Positions 25,880 to 34,751 of a stretch of DNA of 64,000 nt are shown one piece after another. The translations under genes were made by a program, and so were the position numbers. How positions within the stretch are numbered: position 1 is the first letter of the stretch; every line of letters begins with the position of its first letter. The stretch is from the NCBI GenBank assembly GCA_965208575.1, contig CBDBOV010000001.1, positions 256,001 through 320,000 of the forward strand. Reading direction: 5' to 3'. The notes beneath the pieces were generated by a model. That model saw only the letters and a list, made by a program, of their open reading frames with translations, did not search any database and was not told the DNA's origin. The stretch comes from Spirochaetia bacterium (lineage in GTDB: Bacteria; Spirochaetota; Spirochaetia; SZUA-6; Bin103).

Positions 25880-26274
25880 GGGTTTCGCTCGACTCCAACG
25901 TCTACTCGCTGCTGTTCCGTGGGCATCCGCTGGTTGCCGAGATCGTTCGGCGTTCTCAGGAAGTGGTGCTGTCCGCCGTCGTGATCGGGGAACTGCTCTA
26001 CGGGTATCGGTACGGTTCGCGCATGGCCCGGAATTTGCGCGAACTCGATGACTTCCTGGTCAATCCACACGTGACCCTGGTGACGGTAAGCCGGACGACG
26101 GCGGACCGGTACTCGCGCATCGCGACGGCTCTGCGAGCGAAGGGCCGCCCCATACCGACCAATGACATCTGGATCGCGGCGCACGCGATGGAGACGGGAA
26201 CCGAGCTGATTTCCTCGGATGGACACTTCAAGGACGTCGATGGGCTGGCTTGGGTTTACGTCCCGGTGGAGTAA
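25876..26274 (+). CDS. vapC: VapC-family PIN domain toxin
   Basis: LDSN, GELLYG, GRPIPTNDIWIAAHA, SSDGHF. Confidence 0.92.
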   Translation: MRVSLDSNVYSLLFRGHPLVAEIVRRSQEVVLSAVVIGELLYGYRYGSRMARNLRELDDFLVNPHVTLVTVSRTTADRYSRIATALRAKGRPIPTNDIWIAAHAMETGTELISSDGHFKDVDGLAWVYVPVE

Positions 26275-26307
26275 CAAGGGCAGGCGCGACACCGCCGGCG
26301 TGGTGCG

Positions 26308-27600
26308 TCAGTGGCTTTCGGCAAGTGGGACGACTGCCGAGCGCGGGTCAAAGCTGACGGTAACCGGGGCGCCGGCGTCCGGGAGGGTACGGCCGGCAGG
26401 TATCAGCGCCTGCAGTGAAATGCCGCCCACCGCCACCGTCGCGAGGGCGGCGATGCCGCGGAAGGACGTGTCCTGCAGTGTGCCGCGCAGGGTGTGCCGT
26501 GTGCCGGCCGCGTTGGCCACGCCGGCCGCGGCGGGGTGGCCGGACGGTTGTCGGCCGAGGTCGGTGGTGGACAGACTGATCCGCTCCGGGCGGATCAGGA
26601 TGGCGCCGCGTGTGCCGGGCCCGGCGGCCCCTTCGTAGGGCAGCAGGCCGACCTCCGTCTCGATCAGCCTACGGTTCGAGCCGCGGTCGATGGTGCCGGC
26701 AGAGGCAGGGGCAGAGCCGGTGCTGTCCGCGGCTTCGGTGTCGGCTTGCGGGCCGGCGCGGACCGAGCCGGCGGCAAGTACCTTGCCGCGCAGGATGTTG
26801 GCGCGGCCGAGGAAGCGGGCCACGAATACGCTCGCCGGGCGCTCGTACAGGGCGCGCGGGGTGCCGACCTGCACGACGCGGCCGGCGCGCATCACCGCCA
26901 CCCGGTCGGACACGGCGAGCGCTTCTTCCAGGTCGTGGGTCACGAACAGGGCGGTCTGGCGCAGCCGGCGCAGAATGCGCGGCAGGTCGACCAGGAGCTG
27001 CTCGCGCAACGGGCGGTCGAGCCCGGACAGCGGCTCGTCCAGCATCAGCAGGCGCGGGTGCGGCGCCAGCGCGCGCGCCAGCGCCACCCGCTGCGCCTCA
27101 CCGCCGGACAGGGCGTCCACGGGCCGCCGGCGGAAGCCGCTCAGCCCCACCAGCTCCAGCAGCTCCGCCACCCGCCGGCCGCGCACGGCGGCGCCGCCGT
27201 GCCGCGTGCGCGGCTGCATGCGCAGTCCAAAGGCGACGTTGCGCGCCACGTCCAGGTGGGGAAACAGCGCCTGGTCCTGAAACACCAGGCCGAAGCCGCG
27301 CCGGTGCGCGGGCACGGCGGCCAGCGACCGGCCCTGCCAGCGCACCTCGCCGGCGTGCGGCTGCAAGCCGGCGATCACCCGCAGCAGGGTGGTCTTGCCG
27401 CACCCGCTTGGCCCCAGCAGGGCGACGATCTCGCCGGCGCGGGCGGTCAGCGACACGTCGTCCAGCACCGCGGTTCCGCCAAGTTGCACGCTCACGTGAC
27501 GTACCTCCAGCGCGTCTCCCGCGCCAGCTTCCGGCGAGCCGGGATGGTCGCCATTCCGGCCCCGTGCGGCATCCTGATCCCGGTCGATCATGGCGGCCAT
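26308..27600 (-). CDS. thiQ: thiamine ABC transporter ATP-binding protein
   Basis: [27 protein letters not shown]; last gene of the TPP-riboswitch operon. Confidence 0.85.
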   Translation of the reverse strand: MAAMIDRDQDAARGRNGDHPGSPEAGAGDALEVRHVSVQLGGTAVLDDVSLTARAGEIVALLGPSGCGKTTLLRVIAGLQPHAGEVRWQGRSLAAVPAHRRGFGLVFQDQALFPHLDVARNVAFGLRMQPRTRHGGAAVRGRRVAELLELVGLSGFRRRPVDALSGGEAQRVALARALAPHPRLLMLDEPLSGLDRPLREQLLVDLPRILRRLRQTALFVTHDLEEALAVSDRVAVMRAGRVVQVGTPRALYERPASVFVARFLGRANILRGKVLAAGSVRAGPQADTEAADSTGSAPASAGTIDRGSNRRLIETEVGLLPYEGAAGPGTRGAILIRPERISLSTTDLGRQPSGHPAAAGVANAAGTRHTLRGTLQDTSFRGIAALATVAVGGISLQALIPAGRTLPDAGAPVTVSFDPRSAVVPLAESH

Positions 27601-29321
27601 CAGAAGTCGCGGGCGGCGGCGACGCGCAGCCGTTCGATGGCGGCGATGCTGACCGCGGTGGTGAGCATCAGGATGGTGGCCAGCGCCATGCCCTGGCCGT
27701 AGTTGGCGGCGCCGGGGCGCGACAGCGAGCGGAAGATGGCGGTGGTGATGGTGGGCAGCTCGGGGCGCGCGATCAGCGCGCTGGCGCCGAATTCGCCGAG
27801 CGAGATGGCGGCCGCGAACAGCGCCGCGCTGGCCACGGCACGGCCGAGCACCGGCAGTTCGACGTGGACGAAGCGCTGCGCCGGCGAGGCGCCGAGCACC
27901 GCGGCGGCCTCGCGCAGGCGAGCCGGCACCGCCTGCAGCCCGCCCACCAGTGCCCGGAATACCAGCGGCAGCGCCACCAGCGTGTGCGCCACCGGCAGCA
28001 GCACCGGCGAGGCGCGCAGGTCGAAACCCGGCAGACCGAGGGCGAGGATGAAGCCGAAGCCGATGGTGACCGGCGAAGTGCCCAGCGGCAGCATCACGAC
28101 CACGTCGATCAGCCGCTGCAGCCACGCACGCCGCACGCCGATCGCCGCCCAGGCGGCGGGCAGCCCCACCGCCAGGCTGAGCAGCGCGGTGAGCACGGCG
28201 AACAGCAGCGAGTTGCGGATTGCCAGCAGTGGCGGGACGGTGAGGGCGGCGCCGCGCGGACGGCTGCCGAGACGGCTGAACAGGGCCAGAGTGAGGCGCC
28301 CGTCCTCCACCGAGAACAGCGCGCGCAGCGCCAGCGCCGCCAGCGGTACCACCAGCCACACCAGCAGCGCGCCGACCGTCAGCGCCACCAGCAGCCGTTC
28401 GCGGCCGGATGCCGGCCAGCGCTCATGGGTGGCGGCGCGGCCGAGGCGGGCGCTGGCGCCGTAGCGGGCGGCGGCGCTGCTGTAGGCGCTGGTGACCAGC
28501 GCGGTGAGCAGGAGCTGCAGCAGCGACAGCACCGCCGCCGCGCGCAGGTCGAACAGGGTGACGGTCTGCAGGTAGATCTCCACCTCCAGGGTGGCGAAGC
28601 GCCCGGCTCCGAGCAGCAGCACCACCCCGAACGAGGTGAAGTCGAACAGGAACACCAGCAGCGCGGCGGCGACGATGGGCCGGGTGAGCAGCGGCAGGGT
28701 GACCGTGCGCCAGCGGCGCAGCGGGCCGGCGCCCAGCACCGCCGCGGTCTCGCTGACACGTGGATGCATCTGCGCCCAGGCATCACCCACCAGCCGCACC
28801 ACCAGCGCCGTGTTGAAGAACACGTGCGCGGCGATGATCGCGCCCGCGGTGCCGGTGAAGCGCAGCGGGGGCAGCGCCAACGCCGGGAGCGCCTGGTTCA
28901 CGAAGCCGTGCGGGCCGAGCAGCGCCTGCCAGGCGGCCGCCACCACCAGCGTGGGCAGCACGAACGGCACCAGGGTGATGGTGCGCAGCAGGCGCTTGCC
29001 GGGGAACCGGTAGCGGGCGAACACGTAGGCGGCCGGCAGGCCCACCGCCAGCGTGCACACGGTGGAGACCGCCGCCTGCCAGGTGCTGAACCACAGCGCG
29101 CGCAGCGTGGTGGCGGCGGTCAGGATCTGCCGGATGCCGATGCCGTCCTCGGCCGGGCTGCTCAGCCCGCGCGCGATGATGGCGGTCAGCGGGTAGAGGT
29201 AGAACAGCCCCAGGAACGCCAGCGGCAGGATCCACAGCCAGGGGCGCGCACCGGGCCGGCCGATCCCGGCCTGCCCGATCGGCGCCGGCTGGACCCTCCG
29301 GTCCGCCACCGCTGCCGCCAC
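27600..29321 (-). CDS. thiP: thiamine ABC transporter permease
   Basis: Duplicated permease with two EAA loops (ETAAVLGA, EAAAVLGA), AHVFFN, SLGEFGA. Confidence 0.88.
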   Translation of the reverse strand: MAAAVADRRVQPAPIGQAGIGRPGARPWLWILPLAFLGLFYLYPLTAIIARGLSSPAEDGIGIRQILTAATTLRALWFSTWQAAVSTVCTLAVGLPAAYVFARYRFPGKRLLRTITLVPFVLPTLVVAAAWQALLGPHGFVNQALPALALPPLRFTGTAGAIIAAHVFFNTALVVRLVGDAWAQMHPRVSETAAVLGAGPLRRWRTVTLPLLTRPIVAAALLVFLFDFTSFGVVLLLGAGRFATLEVEIYLQTVTLFDLRAAAVLSLLQLLLTALVTSAYSSAAARYGASARLGRAATHERWPASGRERLLVALTVGALLVWLVVPLAALALRALFSVEDGRLTLALFSRLGSRPRGAALTVPPLLAIRNSLLFAVLTALLSLAVGLPAAWAAIGVRRAWLQRLIDVVVMLPLGTSPVTIGFGFILALGLPGFDLRASPVLLPVAHTLVALPLVFRALVGGLQAVPARLREAAAVLGASPAQRFVHVELPVLGRAVASAALFAAAISLGEFGASALIARPELPTITTAIFRSLSRPGAANYGQGMALATILMLTTAVSIAAIERLRVAAARDF

Positions 29322-29351
29322 GCCCGCCGCTGGCGCCTTCAGGGCTTCAAG

Positions 29352-30404
29352 CTACTGCGCCATCGCTTCGCGCCACTGGCGGATCCAGCGCTCGCGGTGC
29401 TCGGCGATGGCGGCCGGCTCGACGTGCGCCGGGTGCGCGGGAATGGACAGGAAGCGTTCGAACTCGGGCGCCAGCGGAGTGTCCGCGATGACCGGGAACA
29501 CGAACATGTTGAACGGCAGCGACGCCTGGAAGCTGGGCTCCAGCATGAAGTCGATCCAGCGCTCGGCGAGCTCGCGGCGCGGCGTGCCGGCCAGGATGCC
29601 GGCGAACTCGATCTGCCGGAAGCAGCTCTGGTCGCCGACCATCACCCCGGTGCTGGGCGCGTCTATCGGGGTCTCCGCGTAGATCACCTCGAACGGCGGG
29701 CTGGAGCCGTACGATACCACCAGCGGACGGTCGCCGGCGCTGGTACCGCCGCTGAACTCGGCGAAGTAGGCGGTCTCCCAGTCGGGGGCCACGCGCACGC
29801 CGTTGTTCTGCAGCTCGCGCCAGAAGTCCAGGTAGCCGGGATCGCCGAAGCGGCCGATGGTGGCCAGCAGGAAGGCGAGGCCGGGCGACGAGGCGGCCGG
29901 GTTCTGCACCACCAGCAGGTCGACGTAGGCCGGATCGGCCAGGTCTTCCAGCGTGTGCGGCGGCTCCAGTCCGGCCTCCTCGAACCAGGTGATGTCGTAG
30001 TTCACGCACACGTCGCCGAAGTCGATCGGCGTGGCGTGGCCGGTGGCGTCGAGGCGCAGCTCGGCGGCGATGCCGGCCAGGGCGGCGGGCTCATAGGGCT
30101 CGAATACGCCTTCCTCGAGCGCCCGGCTCAGGAACGCGTTGTCAACGCCGTACAGCACGTCGGCGAGCGGGTTGCCCTTGGCCAGGATGGCACGGTTGAG
30201 CGCGGAGCCGGCGTCGCCGGCCAGCAGGATGCTGACCTTGGCGCCGTAGCGCTCCTCGAACTCGGCCAGCACCTCCTCGGGAACGACGGTCGAGTCGTGG
30301 CCCATCACGGTGAGCACGTCGGGCTCTTCCCGGGCCGGTTCCGCACCGACGTGGGCGGCACAAAGCAGTGCCAGCACAGCAGACACCGCGAACAGATAAC
30401 GCAT
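29352..30404 (-). CDS. thiB: thiamine ABC transporter substrate-binding protein
   Basis: GDAG, ADVLYGVDN, SSPGLAFL, VVSYGSSP, CFRQIEFAG; downstream of a TPP riboswitch. Confidence 0.92.
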   Translation of the reverse strand: MRYLFAVSAVLALLCAAHVGAEPAREEPDVLTVMGHDSTVVPEEVLAEFEERYGAKVSILLAGDAGSALNRAILAKGNPLADVLYGVDNAFLSRALEEGVFEPYEPAALAGIAAELRLDATGHATPIDFGDVCVNYDITWFEEAGLEPPHTLEDLADPAYVDLLVVQNPAASSPGLAFLLATIGRFGDPGYLDFWRELQNNGVRVAPDWETAYFAEFSGGTSAGDRPLVVSYGSSPPFEVIYAETPIDAPSTGVMVGDQSCFRQIEFAGILAGTPRRELAERWIDFMLEPSFQASLPFNMFVFPVIADTPLAPEFERFLSIPAHPAHVEPAAIAEHRERWIRQWREAMAQ

Positions 30405-30462
30405 GAATTCCTCCCGCCGGGGAGTGGAAAATAACTGACAATCAGGCTGCAGGTGGGTGATG

Positions 30463-30580
30463 AACTCCCTCCGCCGGCATTACCCGGATCAGGTGAGCGA
30501 GTCGAAAGCTTTGAGAATCGGCGACCGGCGCGTCATCCCACGGCTCTCCTCTCAGCTTGGCAACACCAAGCTCCCCGGTC
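30463..30580 (-). ncRNA. TPP riboswitch
   Basis: Minus strand reads GGGGAG...GCTGAGA...ACCTGATCCGGGTAATGCCGGCGGAGGGA in the thiB leader. Confidence 0.93.
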
Positions 30581-30655
30581 TATGCAACCATCCTAAACTG
30601 CCGGCCGCGGTGCGTCAACCCGCACGGCGGGCTGGCGCGGGCCGGCGCGGGCCGG

Positions 30656-31151
30656 CTAATCGCGACCATTCCGGCGCTCGATGGAGAGGGTATAGCCGCC
30701 GACGGCACCATTCGGGTCGGCGACGGCGAAGCGGTACACGCGATCGGCCTCGGCCCGGAAGAAGAGTTCCGGGTTGACGCCGAACAGGCCGCCGCCGCTG
30801 TCGTCGTCCACGGTGGCGGCGGGAGAGTAGCGATAGTCGATGCTGAGGAGCGGGTCGGTCAGCACCGAGTCCACGAACACGCGCACGGTCTCGCCGGCTT
30901 GGAGGAAGAGGAGGAAGCAGTCGAGGTCGTAGGGATAGTCGATGGCGCCGACCCGGCTGACCGGCAGTTCGAGGGCGGCGCCGTCATCGGGATCGTTCAG
31001 GGGCGCGAGAGGAGCATCTCCCTCGACTCGCACCAGGACGTTCCTGTCGTCGTACTGCTCGACCAGGAGCAGAAAGGGCGGGATGCCGTCGAGGCCGGCG
31101 GAAATCATCTCGGTGCCGCCGGTACCGTATTCGTCAACTTCGGAGATGATC
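30656..31151 (-). pseudogene. 3' part (PPC-like beta domain) of an IS-interrupted secreted serine protease
   Basis: GAIDYPYDLD, DSVLTDP, DDDSGGG, GGYTLS; rejoins the 5' part in frame when the IS is removed. Confidence 0.8.
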
Positions 31152-33058
31152 GAGCCAATTGCGCTGTAGCGGTTTTTTGGGCCGTTGAGCAGCCGGTCAC
31201 ACCAGAGAGCACGCGCCCGGGACGTTGACGGCGTCGCTGACGCTCGCCCGGCGCCGAATGACGGCTCTATCGAGTGTGCTGAGTGGGGTCCGCGAGGTGG
31301 GATCAAGCCTCATCCGTGGCTCAATGCACAGATCGGGACAGACCGGTCTCGCTGAGGAGCCGGTGGGATTGGGTTTCTTGGTGACCGGCGAGTGGCCGTC
31401 GGTCAGGCGGGTTTGACCAGACTCCGCAGGTTCTCTGGTTGGCCGGCGCGGATGCGCCCCACGGCCATCGCCAGCATGATCGTCAGCGCCATGGTGACGC
31501 GCAGCTGCATCTTCGCCAGCCCGCGGATGCCCGGTCGCTCGAACCCGAAGCCGCCGGCCAACCGGCTGTTGACCCGCTCCACGGCACCGCGCTGGTCGTA
31601 GAAGTCCTGCCACCGGTAGCTGGACCGCGCCACCGGCGTGAACACGCGCCGATCCTCGGCCAGCGGGATGCGCACCGCGTCGCTCACCGGGCACCGATCC
31701 ATGCCCTTGCAGGTGACCCCCGAGTAGCGCGCCGGACAGCGATACTTGAGCGACTCGCGAGCCTGCTCGAAGCCGCCGTAGGCCATGCGGTGCAGTTCAC
31801 CGGTCCGCGGGCACATGCAGGATACCTGGCCGTCGTGGGTATAGATCACGTTCTCCTGACCGCTCACCCGCTTGGTGAGGACGCCATCCTGCTCCGCCTC
31901 TCCGTCCTTCCAGCAGTTTCGAATGTCGATGACCGGCTTGATCTGATGCTGTTGCCACAGCCGATTGATCAGCTTTTGGTCGTCGTAGCCCTTGTCGGCG
32001 CTCAGGCGATCGCACCGTTGCAGCAGCTCGGGATGACGATCCTGCATCTGATCAAGCAGTCGCTGTGCCTGCGGCTGCTCACCGGTCGACGCCTTGGTGA
32101 CCTCGAACGCCAGCGGCACCTCGTAGGTGGCGTCCACGACCAAGTGCAACAGGTAGCCGAACCAGTAGTGTTTCTTCTTGCCTTTCTTCTCGCCCTTCTC
32201 GCCCTTCTTCTCGCCGGAACCCTTGACGCCCCAATCGGCATCGCGGTCGCGGCGCCCGTCGGTGTCTTCCTTGTTATCCTTCGGCACCGGATAGCTGCTC
32301 GGACCGTTGGCCAGGGAGTGCAGCTCCTTGCCGTCCAGCGCCTGTACCTGGCCCAGGTCCGGCAGCTCAATCCGGAGTTCGTCGAGGGTGCTGTGGAACA
32401 GCTCATCGATCTGCCCCTGATGCTTGCGCAGCCGGCGCTGGAAGCGGGTATAGGCGTATTCGCTGGGCACCGCCCGTGCGCCGTCGAACGGGTCGAACCC
32501 GCACAGGTCTCGCAACTGCGCGTTGCGCAGCAACTCGCGCCGCAAGGCGGCGATGCTGGGATGCTGGAACACGAAGCCGGCGATCAGCGAGTTCCACATC
32601 GGGCGCACCGGATAATCGTTGCGACCGCGACCGCGACCGGCTTCCAGCAGTTGCATCAGCGGCTCGTCGGGGAGCGCGTCGAGCACCAGCGTCAGGCGTT
32701 CGAGATCACCCAACTGGTCGACGCTGTCCCAGCGGAACAGAAACGGATGTGGTATAGTGGCCATCGGCGGTTCTCCTGTTGTGAATTACTGTTCACTTGC
32801 CACTATGGCGAGTTACAGGAGAACCGTCAATTATTTTGTAGACAAACAGTTGCGATGTATCATCGGGGCCTTGACCGGCGCTCCCGACGCGCGTACAGGG
32901 GATCAGCAGGTCGTGGGGTAAGAAATACCTCCCCCTGGTTTCTGATCGCCTGCATCGGGCTTGCAGCAAGCGCAATTGCCTCGGTCACGGGGTAAAGAAA
33001 AAATCGCCCACTTCTATCTCGCTGCCCGCTTGGAACTTACCGACAGCGCAATTGGCTC
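31152..33058. mobile_element. complete insertion sequence, 1907 bp
   Basis: Perfect 16-bp terminal inverted repeats gagccaattgcgctgt (31152-31167) and acagcgcaattggctc (33043-33058); 5-bp target duplication tgatc at 31147-31151 and 33059-33063. Confidence 0.95.
31403..32764 (-). CDS. DDE transposase (DUF772 + DDE_Tnp_1 type; IS4/IS5/IS1182-like)
   Basis: ALDGK, DADWG, WFGYLLH, ADKGYD, Y-(2)-R-(3)-E signature YDQRGAVERVN. Confidence 0.9.
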   Translation of the reverse strand: MATIPHPFLFRWDSVDQLGDLERLTLVLDALPDEPLMQLLEAGRGRGRNDYPVRPMWNSLIAGFVFQHPSIAALRRELLRNAQLRDLCGFDPFDGARAVPSEYAYTRFQRRLRKHQGQIDELFHSTLDELRIELPDLGQVQALDGKELHSLANGPSSYPVPKDNKEDTDGRRDRDADWGVKGSGEKKGEKGEKKGKKKHYWFGYLLHLVVDATYEVPLAFEVTKASTGEQPQAQRLLDQMQDRHPELLQRCDRLSADKGYDDQKLINRLWQQHQIKPVIDIRNCWKDGEAEQDGVLTKRVSGQENVIYTHDGQVSCMCPRTGELHRMAYGGFEQARESLKYRCPARYSGVTCKGMDRCPVSDAVRIPLAEDRRVFTPVARSSYRWQDFYDQRGAVERVNSRLAGGFGFERPGIRGLAKMQLRVTMALTIMLAMAVGRIRAGQPENLRSLVKPA

Positions 33059-33911
33059 TGATCGCCCCGGTCCAATCGACGATGGCCACGGCGAGGTCGG
33101 AAGCGCTCTGCAGGGTGAAGGTAACCTGGTCGCCAGGCGGAGCGTCGATGGCGAACGCCTGTTTCGCCCAGAGATAGTCCAGGTCGAAGTGAATGGGTGT
33201 GGCTTGCGCGGTCGCCGCCAGGTTCCGGTCGCCGCGGCGTTGCGGGACATCCAGACCCGTCAGCAGGGCGGTAACGCGCGGAATCAGGTCGGCGGCGGAC
33301 ATCGCCATACCGAAGCGACCGAGGTCGCTCGCGAACCCGCTCATGCCGACCACGGCACCCGCCTCCGAAGCCAGCACTCCGCCGCTCTGCCCGTCATCGA
33401 CGGCCGCGTCGGTTTGCAGGAAGGTCACGTCCTGACCCGGCCAGCGGCGGTAGCGCGACAGGATGCCGCGGCTGATGGTGGGCTGAGGGAACGACTCCCA
33501 CTCGCCGGAATAACCGATGGCGAACAGCTCGGTACCGACCGGAAGCGTGGTGGAGGTGTCGAAGGGCGGCAGGACCGGGGGCGAGTCGAGCTGAACGGGG
33601 CCGAGGACGGCGATGTCGGTGAGCAGGTCCCAGACGATCAGGGGCACGTCGAGCAGCTCGGTACCGTCGGGGAACACGATGCGAGCAGAGCGGTGCGGGT
33701 ACAGTACGTGGGCGGCGGTGAGAATGGTATTCGAGTCCAGGAGCAGCCCGCTGCCGCTGCCGGGGCCGGCCTCGATGAACACGACCGCCGGAGCGACCGA
33801 CGTGTAGACCGAGGAGGCGGTGTTCTGTTGGGCGTAGGCGGCGGTACAGAGCAGAGCGATTGCAGCCAGTGCAGCCAGTGCAGCCGGTGCTGAGGACACG
33901 GGACGATGCAC
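33059..33911 (-). pseudogene. 5' part of a secreted trypsin-like serine protease, IS-interrupted
   Basis: Signal peptide, GSGSG, LTAAHV, DIAVL, QTDAA..GQSGG catalytic triad. Confidence 0.85.
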
Positions 33912-33938
33912 GATCAGTTCCAGCCACCAGCGGAACGA

Positions 33939-34538
33939 TCAGCGCCGGCCATCGTGTACGGGCAGCAACGACTGAACATGTTGTACAACGCCCCGGAGCA
34001 CCGGCACGTTGGCGCCGGCGCGAACCAGCGTACACAAGCCGAGATAGAGGCCCAGCAACGCGCGCGCGGTCTGGACGAGGTCCACGTTGCCGGACACTTC
34101 GTTGACGCCGCGGGCCCGTTCGATGGCGTCCCGAAAGCGCACCTCCATGCCCTGGAGCAGACCTTGCAGCGCCTCGGCCACCTTTGGAGCGACGGTCCTC
34201 GACTCCAGGGCGGCGTTGACGAGGAGACACTGCTGACCGCGCTGCGACGAAACGTCCGCTTCGGCAGCCCATTGGAATGCGGCGATCAGCGCGGCGCGCG
34301 GTGAACCTTCACCGCGCAGCGCGTGCATACCAGGAGCACGACACTCGGTGCCGTAACGATCGAGGGTCTGCACGAACAAGGACTGCTTGTCGCCGAAGTT
34401 GGCGTACACGGCGCTGCGGGAAATCCCGATACGGCGGGCCAGCTCTGCCATCCCGGTGTCCTGGTAGCCGCGCTCGCCAAACAGCTCAATCGCGGTGTCG
34501 AGGGCGTCTTCTATGGCAAAGGATCTGTGTCTCGGCAT
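33939..34538 (-). CDS. TetR/AcrR family regulator (NemR/ComR-like)
   Basis: MPRHRSF, GISRSAVYANFGDKQSLF helix-turn-helix, CLLVN. Confidence 0.92.
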   Translation of the reverse strand: MPRHRSFAIEDALDTAIELFGERGYQDTGMAELARRIGISRSAVYANFGDKQSLFVQTLDRYGTECRAPGMHALRGEGSPRAALIAAFQWAAEADVSSQRGQQCLLVNAALESRTVAPKVAEALQGLLQGMEVRFRDAIERARGVNEVSGNVDLVQTARALLGLYLGLCTLVRAGANVPVLRGVVQHVQSLLPVHDGRR

Positions 34539-34652
34539 GGCGTCGGCCGTGGAGGCTGGGGGGACGCCGAACAGCGCCCGCCGGCTGCTGATAGTTTCCA
34601 GAATCCACTCATAATACTGCGTTGACAACACCATAGACGGAAACTGCCACAC

Positions 34653-34715
34653 TTGACAAGGCATCCTGGGGACATATAGTGGATTTAATGTGTATGATCG
34701 CGCTATATTATGTCC
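34653..34715 (+). promoter_or_regulatory. sigma70 promoter with overlapping imperfect inverted repeat
   Basis: TTGACA(34653)-N16-TATAGT; ggacatatag...ctatattatgtcc flanks and overlaps the -10 region. Confidence 0.55.
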
Positions 34716-34751
34716 TTATTGTGGATCAATCGACAGCAAGGGGAGGGTCTG

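Noticed and set aside
27601-28359. N-terminal extension of the ABC ATPase
   Set aside because: Alternative frame within thiP.
26610-30434. 1274-aa plus-strand ORF
   Set aside because: Antisense shadow of thiBPQ with Arg/Ala/Gly-rich composition, typical of high-GC DNA.
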